NCBI GenBank assembly: GCA_905235515.1
Contig: CAJOLV010000003.1
Span: 5,680 to 69,679, forward strand
Length of the DNA: 64,000 nt
Direction of reading: 5' to 3'
Source: an uncultured Bacilli bacterium
Lineage (GTDB): Bacteria; Bacillota_I; Bacilli_A; RFN20; CAG-826
Both the position numbers and the translations under genes were made by a program. Below the pieces are notes generated by a model. That model worked only from the letters and a program-made list of their open reading frames with translations, made no database searches and had not been told where the DNA came from. How positions within the stretch are numbered: the first letter of the stretch is position 1; every line of letters starts with the position of its first letter. Positions 40,951-50,338 of the stretch are shown one piece after another.

Positions 40951-42197
40951 GAAATGTCGATTTAGTTGTTATCGGTGGCGGATCTGCTGGTATGGCAGCG
41001 GCCATTCAAGCCAAAAAAGATGGCGTTGATGATATCCTCATTTTAGAAAAAGATAACCATTTAGGTGGTATCTTAGATCAATGCATTCATAATGGTTTTG
41101 GTTTAACCGAATTTAAAGAAGAATTATCTGGTCCAGAATATGCAGCAAGATTTGAAAAACAAATAAAAGAACTTGGTATTCCATACTTGCTGAATACTTA
41201 TGTATTGGATATTACAAGAGATAGACAAGTGACCTACTCATCAAAAGATGAAGGTGTTCATACAATTCAAGCCAAGGCAATTGTTATTGCGACAGGTTGC
41301 TATGAACGTAACGCTGGTGCGATTCAATTAGCAGGCGATAGATGTGCAGGGGTCATTACCGCAGGAAGCGCACAAAGATATTTAAATATCCATGGCTATA
41401 TGTGTGGTAAAAGAATTGTCATCTTAGGTTCAGGCGATATCGGTCTAATTATGGCTCGTAGATTAACATTAGAAGGGGCAAAAGTCTTATGTGTTAACGA
41501 ATTAATGCCTTATTCTAATGGTTTAAATAGAAATATCGCTCAATGTTTAAATGACTTTGGGATTCCACTGCAATTATCGACAACCGTTAAAGCTGTTAAA
41601 GCCACTAATGGCAGATTATCAAAAGTCATCTTAACAAAAGTTGATGAAAAATTGAGACCAATCCCAGGAACCGATCAAGAGATTGAATGTGATACTTTAA
41701 TCTTATCGGTTGGTTTAATTCCTTATGTCTCATTATTAGAGAACATTAATTGTCCAACTAGCTCTACTAAAGGAGCCTATGTTAATGAAAATATGGAAAC
41801 AGAGATTGAAGGTATCTTCTCAGCTGGCAACTGTTTACACGTCCACGATGTTGTTGACTTTGTCACTGATGAAGGTCGTTCCGCTGGAGCGGGTGCTGCC
41901 AAATATATTAAAGGCTTAAGACATGGACAAGAACGTCTTGAAGTTAAACCTCTCGATGGAGTGGGATATGTCGTTCCTCAACATGTTCATGTGGATACTG
42001 ATGAGGATGTGACCTTAAAATTCCGCGTTAGAGCCCCGATGAAAAATGCGGTGATTGAAATATCCTCTGGTGAACAAACACTCGCAAAAATCAACAAATT
42101 AGCGGTTATTCCTAGTGAAATGAATCTTATTAAGATTAGTAAAGATAAAATAGCGTTAGCGAAGGACACAATTACTGTGAAGGTGTACGCAAGATGA
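40947..42197 (+). CDS. NAD(P)/FAD-dependent pyridine nucleotide-disulfide-family oxidoreductase
   Basis: 416 aa. Two Rossmann motifs (VVIGGGSAGMAAA and ILGSGDIGLIMA). Start overlaps the upstream gene (ATGA). Confidence 0.8.
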   Translation: MRNVDLVVIGGGSAGMAAAIQAKKDGVDDILILEKDNHLGGILDQCIHNGFGLTEFKEELSGPEYAARFEKQIKELGIPYLLNTYVLDITRDRQVTYSSKDEGVHTIQAKAIVIATGCYERNAGAIQLAGDRCAGVITAGSAQRYLNIHGYMCGKRIVILGSGDIGLIMARRLTLEGAKVLCVNELMPYSNGLNRNIAQCLNDFGIPLQLSTTVKAVKATNGRLSKVILTKVDEKLRPIPGTDQEIECDTLILSVGLIPYVSLLENINCPTSSTKGAYVNENMETEIEGIFSAGNCLHVHDVVDFVTDEGRSAGAGAAKYIKGLRHGQERLEVKPLDGVGYVVPQHVHVDTDEDVTLKFRVRAPMKNAVIEISSGEQTLAKINKLAVIPSEMNLIKISKDKIALAKDTITVKVYAR

Positions 42198-42544
42198 AAA
42201 AAGAATTTGTCTGTATTGTCTGCCCAAGAGGCTGTCCGTTAAGTATTGATTTAGATACTTTAGAAGTTACTGGTAATACTTGTCCTAGAGGCGCGATTTA
42301 TGCAAAAAACGAAGTAACTAATCCAACAAGAACTATCACCAGTTCCGTAAGAGTTAATAATCGTGAGCATCAATTAGTGAGTGTTAAAACCACTAATGCG
42401 GTCCCGAAAGGAAAGATTATGGAAGTAATGGAAGAGATTAACAAAGTTAGTGTCTCCGCTCCAACACACATTGGTGATGTTGTCATCCATAATATCTTAG
42501 GACTTGATGGCGTTGACATAGTCATTACCAAAAATATCGAGTAA
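42194..42544 (+). CDS. DUF1667-domain protein (partner of GlpA-like oxidoreductases)
   Basis: 116 aa. CIVCPRGCPLSIDL...CPRGAIYAK cysteine motifs. Translationally coupled to the upstream gene. Confidence 0.8.
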   Translation: MKKEFVCIVCPRGCPLSIDLDTLEVTGNTCPRGAIYAKNEVTNPTRTITSSVRVNNREHQLVSVKTTNAVPKGKIMEVMEEINKVSVSAPTHIGDVVIHNILGLDGVDIVITKNIE

Positions 42545-42547
42545 ATA

Positions 42548-42584
42548 AAAAAGTGAGCAAGGTGTTATTTTGAGCTCACTTTTA
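42548..42584 (+). terminator. Rho-independent terminator after the three-gene oxidoreductase cluster
   Basis: AAAAAGTGAGC-(14 nt)-GCTCACTTTTAAT. Confidence 0.65.
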
Positions 42585-42599
42585 ATATAGATCAAATAA

Positions 42600-43038
42600 T
42601 CAAAAAACACTTTTGGCAATTGATTCTATGTCTTCTAATGGTATTTCAAACGCTTCTTTTGTTTTTTTTAAAAAATAATCATACGTGTTTGAAAAGTCGG
42701 TATAAAGATATTTGTATGCCTTTATAACATCGTCATAAGAGCAGGATTCTTTTTTAATCCTCAATTCGTAAATCATTTTGGTGATATCGCCTAAATCTCC
42801 ACCGGTAGGTCTAGATGATTTTATTTTCATCGCTATCAAATAAATTGGTTTTATCACTTTTAAACATTGCATCAACGTCAATTGTTGATTCTCTAAAATC
42901 AAAATTAAAAACAATAGCAGCGCCACCAACAATATAAATATCAATTGGTTCTTTCAATCCATTATTAATGCAATTTTTAGCGAAGCACATAAAAACAGTT
43001 TCAAAGTTTTCTTTTGTAAGTACCCTATTATGCAACAT
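42600..43038 (-). pseudogene. Frameshifted nucleotidyltransferase-fold gene (two overlapping ORF fragments, 42811-43038 and 42600-42944)
   Basis: The N-terminal fragment has a Pol-beta NTase-like motif (IYIVGGAAIVFNFDFRESTIDVD). Translation shifts frame near 42812-42830 (...DENKII* versus ...RPTGGDLGDITKMIYEL). The text upstream of the annotated ATG of the second fragment is hydrophobic nonsense, supporting a single original gene of about 150 aa. Confidence 0.45.
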
Positions 43039-43594
43039 TAAAAACGTCCTCCTCTAATATATTAAAACGCTTAAATTCCGGAATGGCGACGACATGCAAG
43101 TCTCTTTCCGCTTCCTCAACCGTTTTAAAGTTAAATAAATCGCTATCGGCAAAACACACTTTATCAAGTTTTTCTTTTCTTAATAGATTATATCTATCTG
43201 TATAAATTGGTTTTTTATTAATTCGGCACAAATAATCTATTAATGCTAATAAATATAAAGCTCTATCCGCACCATTGTTTTTATAATAAAAATCTATTTC
43301 TTTGTTTCGAATAATGTTTCTAATGAATTGATTGTAGCCAAGTCGTTTTAATTCTTCTAAAACGTTATTCCGAAAATAACGAAACTCTATTAGCTTTACG
43401 CTTTCCAAATCTGCAAAATCTCTTATATCAACATTTAAATACTTAGCGATTGACAAGGCGTTTCTTAAAGAAACGTTATTTACATTAGTTTTTCCATTAA
43501 GCAAATCGCAAATGGTTGTATATGGGATGCCTGTTCCTTTTGAAAGAGCGTATCCAGTTATTTTTTTGTTTTCTAAAAGTTCTTTAAAAGTCAT
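43028..43594 (-). CDS. HTH (XRE-family) domain protein with uncharacterised C-terminal domain
   Basis: 188 aa. N-terminal HTH_3-like segment (YALSKGTGIPYTTICDLLNGKTNVNNVSLRNALSIAKYL). Overlaps the downstream frameshifted NTase gene by 11 nt, giving a TA-like two-gene architecture. Confidence 0.55.
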   Translation of the reverse strand: MTFKELLENKKITGYALSKGTGIPYTTICDLLNGKTNVNNVSLRNALSIAKYLNVDIRDFADLESVKLIEFRYFRNNVLEELKRLGYNQFIRNIIRNKEIDFYYKNNGADRALYLLALIDYLCRINKKPIYTDRYNLLRKEKLDKVCFADSDLFNFKTVEEAERDLHVVAIPEFKRFNILEEDVFNVA

Positions 43595-43647
43595 GTGAAT
43601 AATATAACGAAATTCCGTTATAAAATCAACTGATGTTATATGGGCAT

Positions 43648-44127
43648 TTACCCATAAATCTTAATTCCCTCCGACAAAATATCTTCAATCATAGATTCAC
43701 TATCCACAATTTGCCTGTGGGTTTGCAAATCTACATCTTTATGTAAAACGTCCTCTAATTCTCCAATCATGCCATAAAATGATAAACCCATGCCGGAACA
43801 AACCACTAAAATATCAACATCGCTTTTTCCGGTGGCCTCACCTCTAGCGTAGCTACCATATAGATATGCACATTTTACTTCTGGATGTTTTTCAAACACT
43901 TGTCTAGAAGCGTATTTAATAAATTTCAGATTTAAAATATGGTTAGTACCATCTAAAATACCCATTTCATCCAGTTTTTGGATTAATTCATCAAATGTTT
44001 TATTCTTAATATCCGTTTCTTCATACGTTTGGTACGTACGACGAGAAACACCGCAGGCCCTTGCAACTTGTTCTTGTGTTAATCCTAATTCTTTTCTTTT
44101 TTGTTTTAATTCATTCATAACAATCAC
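43648..44127 (-). CDS. HTH (XRE) - minimal nucleotidyltransferase (MNT) fusion protein
   Basis: 159 aa. N-terminal HTH (LGLTQEQVARACGVSRRTYQTYE) and a C-terminal canonical MNT motif LYGSYARGEATGKSDVDILVV. Confidence 0.7.
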   Translation of the reverse strand: MIVMNELKQKRKELGLTQEQVARACGVSRRTYQTYEETDIKNKTFDELIQKLDEMGILDGTNHILNLKFIKYASRQVFEKHPEVKCAYLYGSYARGEATGKSDVDILVVCSGMGLSFYGMIGELEDVLHKDVDLQTHRQIVDSESMIEDILSEGIKIYG

Positions 44128-44195
44128 TCTTTTTTGGCGTTTTACATCTCACTTATATTATATCTGCGCTTTTAGAAATGCGCAACAAATGAGAA

Positions 44196-44224
44196 GAAAA
44201 AACTCCGACATGTTTAATCGGAGT
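44196..44224 (-). terminator. Rho-independent terminator downstream of fba
   Basis: The minus strand reads CUCCGAUUAAACAUGUCGGAG followed by UUUUUU. Confidence 0.6.
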
Positions 44225-44231
44225 AAATATT

Positions 44232-45068
44232 TTATTTATTATAGAAGACTCTCATCGCTTTCAAGGAGTCAGCTTTCATCGCTAAGTAGGCATTATTAAT
44301 GACTCGATGGAAGACAGAATAGTTATTAGATTCAACATCAGCTTTTAATGCTTCATAGCCCGCTTTCATCATATATGTGCAGTAATTAATTTTTTCTACA
44401 CCGCACTTGATTGCATGAACATAATCTTCTTCTGGTAAACCAGAACCACCATGCATCACTAATGGGATATTAATTAGTTTTCTAATTATTTTAATTCTTT
44501 CAAAATCTAATTTTGGTTTAACTTTATAAACCCCATGTGCTGTTCCAAAGGAACAAGCCAATGCGTCAATACCAGTATCATCAACAAACATCTTAGCTTC
44601 ATTTGGTTCGGTATAAACCGCTCCACCATTAATCTTTTCTCCACCTTCACGAGCGGCTAAGGCACCGATTTCTGCTTCCACAGTGGCGTTATGTTCATGG
44701 GCGTATTTTACAATCTCTTTTGTGTTATTCACATTAATTTCATATGGTAATAAGGAGCCATCATACATAACAGAGGTAAAACCTAAATCAATTGCTTTTT
44801 TTAAATAATCAACGTGTTCTCCGTGATCAACGTGGACACAGACTGGGACTTTTGCTCTTTTTGCGAGTTCAATCATCACTGGCCCAATAATCTTAATTGG
44901 TGTAATATTTTCGTGCATTTCAGCGTGCATAATAATAACTGGAACATTGAGCTCTTCGGCGTTTTCTAATACAGCGCGTAAGTTTTCTAATGTCGGAGTG
45001 TTAAACGCTCCAATCGCACATTTATTTTCTTCTGCGTATTTGAATACTTCTTTGAGATTAACTAACAT
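44232..45068 (-). CDS. fba: Class II fructose-/tagatose-bisphosphate aldolase family protein
   Basis: 278 aa. Zn-binding and catalytic motifs VHVDHG, GFTSVMYDGS and HGGSG. Confidence 0.85.
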   Translation of the reverse strand: MLVNLKEVFKYAEENKCAIGAFNTPTLENLRAVLENAEELNVPVIIMHAEMHENITPIKIIGPVMIELAKRAKVPVCVHVDHGEHVDYLKKAIDLGFTSVMYDGSLLPYEINVNNTKEIVKYAHEHNATVEAEIGALAAREGGEKINGGAVYTEPNEAKMFVDDTGIDALACSFGTAHGVYKVKPKLDFERIKIIRKLINIPLVMHGGSGLPEEDYVHAIKCGVEKINYCTYMMKAGYEALKADVESNNYSVFHRVINNAYLAMKADSLKAMRVFYNK

Positions 45069-45136
45069 AATAATTCTCCTGATGTTCTATACTAGTATAA
45101 TTATTTTTTATAGAAAAAGGAGAGTAAAATCTCCTT

Positions 45137-45481
45137 TTAAATTACTTTGATATCTCTAATTGAGACGTCTTTACCAGTGATTAAGTAAGTGCGTTCACTC
45201 CCACAGTGTGGACAAGTTTTACCAAATTCTGTGGTTTTATAGGTTTGTTGACAATCCTGGCAATATGATTTGCCCTCAATAATGATGATATTGAGCTGGC
45301 AATCTTTCATATATTCTGTTCTCTTTTTTGCCCATTCAAAGGCGTCGAGGAAATATTGTTTAACCACACCAGAGACCTCACCAACTTCCATAGTGAGTTC
45401 TTTGACTTCTTTGACTTGTCTCTCTTTGGCGAGAGCTTCAATTTGCTTAATAACGTGGACGACGATTCCTAACTCATGCAT
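45137..45481 (-). CDS. hypA: Hydrogenase/urease nickel-incorporation metallochaperone HypA
   Basis: 114 aa. N-terminal MHELGIVVHVI (Ni-binding MHE motif) and a C-terminal zinc finger CQDC...CPHCGS. Confidence 0.85.
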   Translation of the reverse strand: MHELGIVVHVIKQIEALAKERQVKEVKELTMEVGEVSGVVKQYFLDAFEWAKKRTEYMKDCQLNIIIIEGKSYCQDCQQTYKTTEFGKTCPHCGSERTYLITGKDVSIRDIKVI

Positions 45482-48368
45482 CGAGAGAGTTACCTGTATG
45501 TGGATTTTCTTTGATGAATTCTTTGTTCTCTTTGCTCCACGCTTTACGTTTCGCTCTCATTTCGCGAGCTTCTTTAGAACCACTATGACCAATAATCTTG
45601 AACATACGTTTTAAGGCATAGCCGGCTAAGCCACCGACTTTCTTTTCCGCCACTCTCATATTGGACATTTCTGGATGATCTCTCACTAAGTGGATAGCGT
45701 CAAATTTACATTTTGTGGTACAAATGCCACAACCGATACATTTATGTGGATCAACAGCAGCAGCGCCACAAGATAAGCATCTGCCAGTTTCAATCTTTAC
45801 TTGTTCTTCGGTTAAGGTCTTATGAGCGTCTCTGAAGGAGTGTTTGTAATCAATGGATTCATCCATACCTTCTTCTTGTCTACCAACTGTGTCATAACCT
45901 GGTAAAGTGATATCTTCTTTATTTAACATTGTGAAACCACGGCGGTTATAAGCAATGGTTGGGTGAGCATTTGGACGGACGTGTCTTGCTAAGGCATCCG
46001 CGACTGCGTGACCAGCTGCGATAGCGTCAATTACAAATTTTGGACCTGTATAGACATCACCACCGACAAAGATATCTTCGTCTGCGGTTTGATATGTCAT
46101 CTTATCCGCTAATGGGTAATTGCCATGCCAGAAGGTCACTTTGCTACCTTCTAGTAAATTACCCCATTCAATGGCTTGACCAATCGCGAAGACGATTTGA
46201 TCAGCTTTAACTTCCATAACTTCTTCTTCGTTATAGGCTGGGTTAAATTTACCATTTTCATCAAATGTTCTAGTACATCTCTTAAAGATGATACCAGTGA
46301 CATGGCCTTTTGCGTCAACTTTGACTTCTTTTGGACCCCAAGAGTTATTAATTTCAATATCTTCTTCTAAGGTTTCTCTAATTTCATCTTTAGATGCTGG
46401 CATTGTTTCTCTATCTTCTAAGCAGAACATGGAGACTTTCTTAGCACCTAATCTTTGAGCGGTTCTCGCGCAGTCAACAGCGACGTTACCACCACCGACA
46501 ACAACGACTTCGCCATTGAATTGTTGTTGTTTGCCTAAGGCTTCTTTTAAGTAATGAACAGCAATATCTGTACCTTCAGCGGTATCATTAGCAACGCCTG
46601 GTCTTCTACCACCTTGGCAACCAATAGCGATATAGAAGGCTTTATAACCTTGTTCTTTTAATTTAGCGATTGTGATGTCTTTTCCAACTTCAACACCACA
46701 TTTAATTTCAACACCTAATTCTTTTAAGACAGCGATTTCCGCTTCAATAACATTCTTTTCTAATTTATATGAAGGAATGCCATACATTAACATTCCGCCT
46801 GGATTTTCATTCTTTTCAAAGACGGTTGGTTTAAAGCCCATCACAGCTAAATAATAAGCGGCAGTTAAACCAGCAGGGCCAGCACCAATAATGGCAATCT
46901 TTTCATCAAAGTGGCCATATGTTGAGGCAACAATCTTTTCTGGAACATATCTTGTTTCCGCTCTTAAATCAAAGTCAGCGACGAATTTCTTAACGGCATC
47001 AATAGCGACAGCTTGGTCAACTGTACCTCTAGTACAAGCTTCTTCACATCTCTTATTACAAACACGACCACAGACGGCTGGGAATGGGTTTTGCGTTTTG
47101 ATTAAAGCTAATGCTTCTTGATATTTGCCTTCGTGAGCTTTCTTTAGATAGCCTTGTACTGGGACATGAGCTGGGCAAGCCACTTTACATGGAGCAGTAC
47201 CACTATCATAAGAATCTGATTTTCTCGCAGTGTTGCGATAGTTTTCATCCCAAGCATATTTACCCCAATGTAATTTATCTGGTAATGGAGCTTGTGGATA
47301 TTTCACTTCCTTGCCATCTTTAGCGCATAATTTTTGACCTAATTTAACAGCACCGGCTGGGCAGTTTTCGACACATTGTCCACAAGCCACACAATTAGTC
47401 TTTGTGACATTCGCGGTATAAGAACTTCTAGATAAGTTAGGAGTGTTAAATAACATGGATGTACGTAAAGCATTACAAATCTTCACGTCACAGTTACAAA
47501 TATCAAAAATCTTATTTTCACCATCGATATTAGTGATTTGATGGACGAAACCATTCTTTTCACTTAATTCGAAAATTTCTAAAGCTCTTTCTTTTGTAAT
47601 ATAGTGGGCTCTGCCAGTTTCCACTGTATAATCCGCCATATCACCAAATTGAATACACCAATCATCGACATCATCGATACAGCCATCACCTAAGACTGCT
47701 CTACTAGCTCTACATGAACAGATACCAGCGGCGATATGTCCTTCATATTTCTTCATCCAGTGGGAAATCTTTTCCACGTCGATTGCTTCATTATTAGCCT
47801 CGATAGCTTTTTCAACTGGGATAACGTGCATACCAACACCATCACCACCTGGAGGAATCATTTGAGTGATACCCGCTAATGGGATGAATGTCATTCTTTC
47901 AAAGAAAGAAGCAACAGCAGGGTTACGATTGATTCTTTCGACTGTGGAGTTCATTAATTCCGCACTACCAGGGACAAAGAAACATACTCTATATCTCTTG
48001 ACCCTTGGAGCGTCAGTGATTGGGTGATCCCAAGCATAATTATCACCATAGTCATATTCGATTAAACCAATGACTGATAAATCATCTAACATCTTTTGTA
48101 AATCAGCAGGTTCTAATTCACGATTCATCTTCATCAATTCTTCAAAAGAATAGAATTTACGAAGTTTCATTTTGTTGAGAAGTCTCACTTGTTCAATGGT
48201 TAAAACTTCTCTTAATCCCCAATATTCTGGGTCAGTGGTTTTCACACCTGCAAGTTTGTGAACAACTACATCTGTAATCTTTTTGGCTAATTTCTTAAAC
48301 TCTTTTTCAAATTCATAACCTTGTTCACCATCATACTTCGATACGATAACCTTGTTTTGTTCAGACAT
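45474..48368 (-). CDS. Large multidomain iron-sulfur flavoprotein: Cys-rich N-terminal domain + ferredoxin + GltD/NfnB-like NAD(P)H/FAD domains + C-terminal 2x[4Fe-4S] ferredoxin (YgfK-like)
   Basis: 964 aa. Cys clusters CSCRASRAVLGDGC...CNCDVKIC and CVACGQCVENCPAG. The GltD-type N-terminal motif is CKVACPAHVPVQGY...NPFPAVCGRVCNKRCEEACTRG. Two Rossmann motifs are present (IAIIGAGPAGLTAAYYL and VVVVGGGNVAVDCA). The C-terminal ferredoxin segment is CLSCGAAAVDPHKCIGCGICTTKC. Overlaps hypA by 8 nt and is followed 2 nt later by hypB. Confidence 0.7.
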   Translation of the reverse strand: MSEQNKVIVSKYDGEQGYEFEKEFKKLAKKITDVVVHKLAGVKTTDPEYWGLREVLTIEQVRLLNKMKLRKFYSFEELMKMNRELEPADLQKMLDDLSVIGLIEYDYGDNYAWDHPITDAPRVKRYRVCFFVPGSAELMNSTVERINRNPAVASFFERMTFIPLAGITQMIPPGGDGVGMHVIPVEKAIEANNEAIDVEKISHWMKKYEGHIAAGICSCRASRAVLGDGCIDDVDDWCIQFGDMADYTVETGRAHYITKERALEIFELSEKNGFVHQITNIDGENKIFDICNCDVKICNALRTSMLFNTPNLSRSSYTANVTKTNCVACGQCVENCPAGAVKLGQKLCAKDGKEVKYPQAPLPDKLHWGKYAWDENYRNTARKSDSYDSGTAPCKVACPAHVPVQGYLKKAHEGKYQEALALIKTQNPFPAVCGRVCNKRCEEACTRGTVDQAVAIDAVKKFVADFDLRAETRYVPEKIVASTYGHFDEKIAIIGAGPAGLTAAYYLAVMGFKPTVFEKNENPGGMLMYGIPSYKLEKNVIEAEIAVLKELGVEIKCGVEVGKDITIAKLKEQGYKAFYIAIGCQGGRRPGVANDTAEGTDIAVHYLKEALGKQQQFNGEVVVVGGGNVAVDCARTAQRLGAKKVSMFCLEDRETMPASKDEIRETLEEDIEINNSWGPKEVKVDAKGHVTGIIFKRCTRTFDENGKFNPAYNEEEVMEVKADQIVFAIGQAIEWGNLLEGSKVTFWHGNYPLADKMTYQTADEDIFVGGDVYTGPKFVIDAIAAGHAVADALARHVRPNAHPTIAYNRRGFTMLNKEDITLPGYDTVGRQEEGMDESIDYKHSFRDAHKTLTEEQVKIETGRCLSCGAAAVDPHKCIGCGICTTKCKFDAIHLVRDHPEMSNMRVAEKKVGGLAGYALKRMFKIIGHSGSKEAREMRAKRKAWSKENKEFIKENPHTGNSLDA

Positions 48369-48370
48369 AA

Positions 48371-49045
48371 CTATCTCTCCTTATGTTGCTGCACTTTCTT
48401 TATGAAATAGTTCGCGACTAAATCAATACCATCCTCTGTTTTTGCGCTGATAGGAATAATTGTCGCGTGCTCATTTCTCATTTTAATATATTTTTGACAC
48501 TTTGATAAATCAAAATTAAAGTATTTTAAAGCATCCATCTTATTTATAATCACTAAATCGGATTTTTCAAACACTAAAGGATACTTTAATGGTTTATCAT
48601 CGCCTTCTGGAATTGAGAGGATCATCACATCTAAAGATGCTCCAGTATCAAATTCTGCTGGGCAGACTAAATTACCAACATTTTCTAAGAAAACGATATC
48701 TAAATCAGAGATATCTATTTCATCCAAACCAGTCTTAGTCATACCGGCATCTAAATGACACATACCACCTGTGTGTAATTGTATAGATTTAACTCCAGTT
48801 TTTTCAGCAATTTTTATTGCATCGACATCACTATCGATATCAGCTTCCATGACCCCCACTCTTAAGGTGGTTTTTAATTTATTAATTAATTTAGTTAATG
48901 TTGTGGTTTTGCCTGCTCCAGGAGAGGACATTAAGTTAACAACTAAAACACCTTTTTCTTTAAGATAACTTCTTAATGCCTCCGCTTCTAAATCATTATC
49001 GGCGTAGGCAGAGCGATGTAATAATATAGTCTTAACTTTTCCCAC
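48371..49045 (-). CDS. hypB: Nickel-insertion GTPase HypB
   Basis: 224 aa. P-loop SSPGAGKTT and the HypB signature ENVGNLVCPAEFDTG. Confidence 0.9.
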   Translation of the reverse strand: MGKVKTILLHRSAYADNDLEAEALRSYLKEKGVLVVNLMSSPGAGKTTTLTKLINKLKTTLRVGVMEADIDSDVDAIKIAEKTGVKSIQLHTGGMCHLDAGMTKTGLDEIDISDLDIVFLENVGNLVCPAEFDTGASLDVMILSIPEGDDKPLKYPLVFEKSDLVIINKMDALKYFNFDLSKCQKYIKMRNEHATIIPISAKTEDGIDLVANYFIKKVQQHKER

Positions 49046-49090
49046 GGTATCTCCATTATAGTGTATACTAGTCTATTTTGGTATCAGTTT

Positions 49091-49440
49091 TATTTTAATA
49101 AACTTTGGGAAATCCACTCCTTGATGAAGGCTTCTTTCGGCATTGGTGTGAAAGACCCTCTTTTAATTGTCAGTTTGCTAAGGGGATGATTTTCTAAGAA
49201 TTGAACAACACTTTTAATATCCACTAATTCATCTTTAGTGCCATAAAGTATCTCAGTTGGGTTGTTCCAAATGTCTCGCTAATTCTTTAGGAATTGATAA
49301 AAATCATAATTAAGTGTTTACCCATTACTGCATATAATTGTGTGCACTAATTTGAGATTATCTTCCGAGATGCCATTTTCTATCATCAAATCTTGTGTTA
49401 TTTTCTGTATATCTGGTTTTCGATGTCTCAGTTCCGAGTT
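49091..49440 (-). pseudogene. Decayed remnant of an alpha/beta-hydrolase-like gene in the hypB-hypB intergenic region
   Basis: The minus-strand frame reads ...RDIWNNPTEILYGTKDELVDIKSVVQFLENHPLSKLTIKRGSFTPMPKEAFIKEWISQSLLK* (stop at 49091-49093). Upstream continuation is broken by stops (...TQDLMIENGISEDNLKLVHTIICSNG*). No start codon or RBS. Confidence 0.4.
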
Positions 49441-49545
49441 TTAACAACTTTTTTTAGTCAATAACATATAAATACATTTATATCCGTTTGAATTAAGTTT
49501 CATAATACACTATAGTAAGTAGTTGTGATAACAGGTTATAAATAT

Positions 49546-50208
49546 ATGGATTTTCAAGTCGTAAAAGTTAAAGAAGATATCTTACAAGATAATAACCAGA
49601 AAGCTAATGAATTACGTGCTTATTTAAAATCTAAGCATATCTATTTTATTAATGTTATGGCGTCACCTGGTTCAGGTAAAACAACCTTATTAGTTAATCT
49701 CATTAATAAATTAAAACAAAATTTTAATATCGGAGTGATGGAAGCGGATATTGACGGAGATGTCGATGCGGAAAGAATCTCCTCTTTAACTGGTGTGAGA
49801 GCCATACAAATCCATACTTCAGGAGCGTGTCATTTAACCGCTCAGATGGTCGAAGATGCGATTAAAGAATTTGATATTGAGGGATTAGATTTATTGTTTT
49901 TAGAGAATGTTGGTAATTTAGTCTGCCCGGCAGAATTTGACACCGGCAGTAACATCAATATGATGTTATTATCTGTCCCAGAAGGTGATGACAAACCTCT
50001 TAAATATCCATTAATGTTTGAGGTTAGCAATATCGCTGTTATTACAAAGATTGATACAGCGGAAATCTTTGATTTTGATTTCGATAAATGCTATCAAAAT
50101 ATTAAAAAGAGAAATGAAAAAGCCGAGATATTTAAAGTCTCAGCTTTAGAAGATGAGGGCATTGCCCCATTACTGTGTCATATTAAAAAGTTAGTGAATA
50201 ATAGATAA
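49546..50208 (+). CDS. Second HypB-family nickel-insertion GTPase (paralog), divergently oriented
   Basis: P-loop ASPGSGKTT and an identical signature ENVGNLVCPAEFDTG. About 50% identical to the upstream HypB. The ORF-track start at 49525 is an extension; the ATG at 49546 (MDFQVVKV) is preferred. Confidence 0.9.
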   Translation: MDFQVVKVKEDILQDNNQKANELRAYLKSKHIYFINVMASPGSGKTTLLVNLINKLKQNFNIGVMEADIDGDVDAERISSLTGVRAIQIHTSGACHLTAQMVEDAIKEFDIEGLDLLFLENVGNLVCPAEFDTGSNINMMLLSVPEGDDKPLKYPLMFEVSNIAVITKIDTAEIFDFDFDKCYQNIKKRNEKAEIFKVSALEDEGIAPLLCHIKKLVNNR

Positions 50209-50338
50209 GTAAATTTTTGTACGATTTATTAGCGAATCTTATTGTTTAATAAGTAGATGAATTATACATTTTAGTGACGGTTGTGATAGAGTCATTATAC
50301 TCAATGACATTATCAATAGTACATTTTATGTCTATGCA

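Noticed and set aside
45137-50208. Calling the hypA/hypB locus a hydrogenase gene cluster
   Set aside because: No hydrogenase large or small subunit, HypCDEF, urease or CODH genes are present in the window. Only the Ni-chaperones and an Fe-S flavoprotein are present, so the hydrogenase label would be unsupported.
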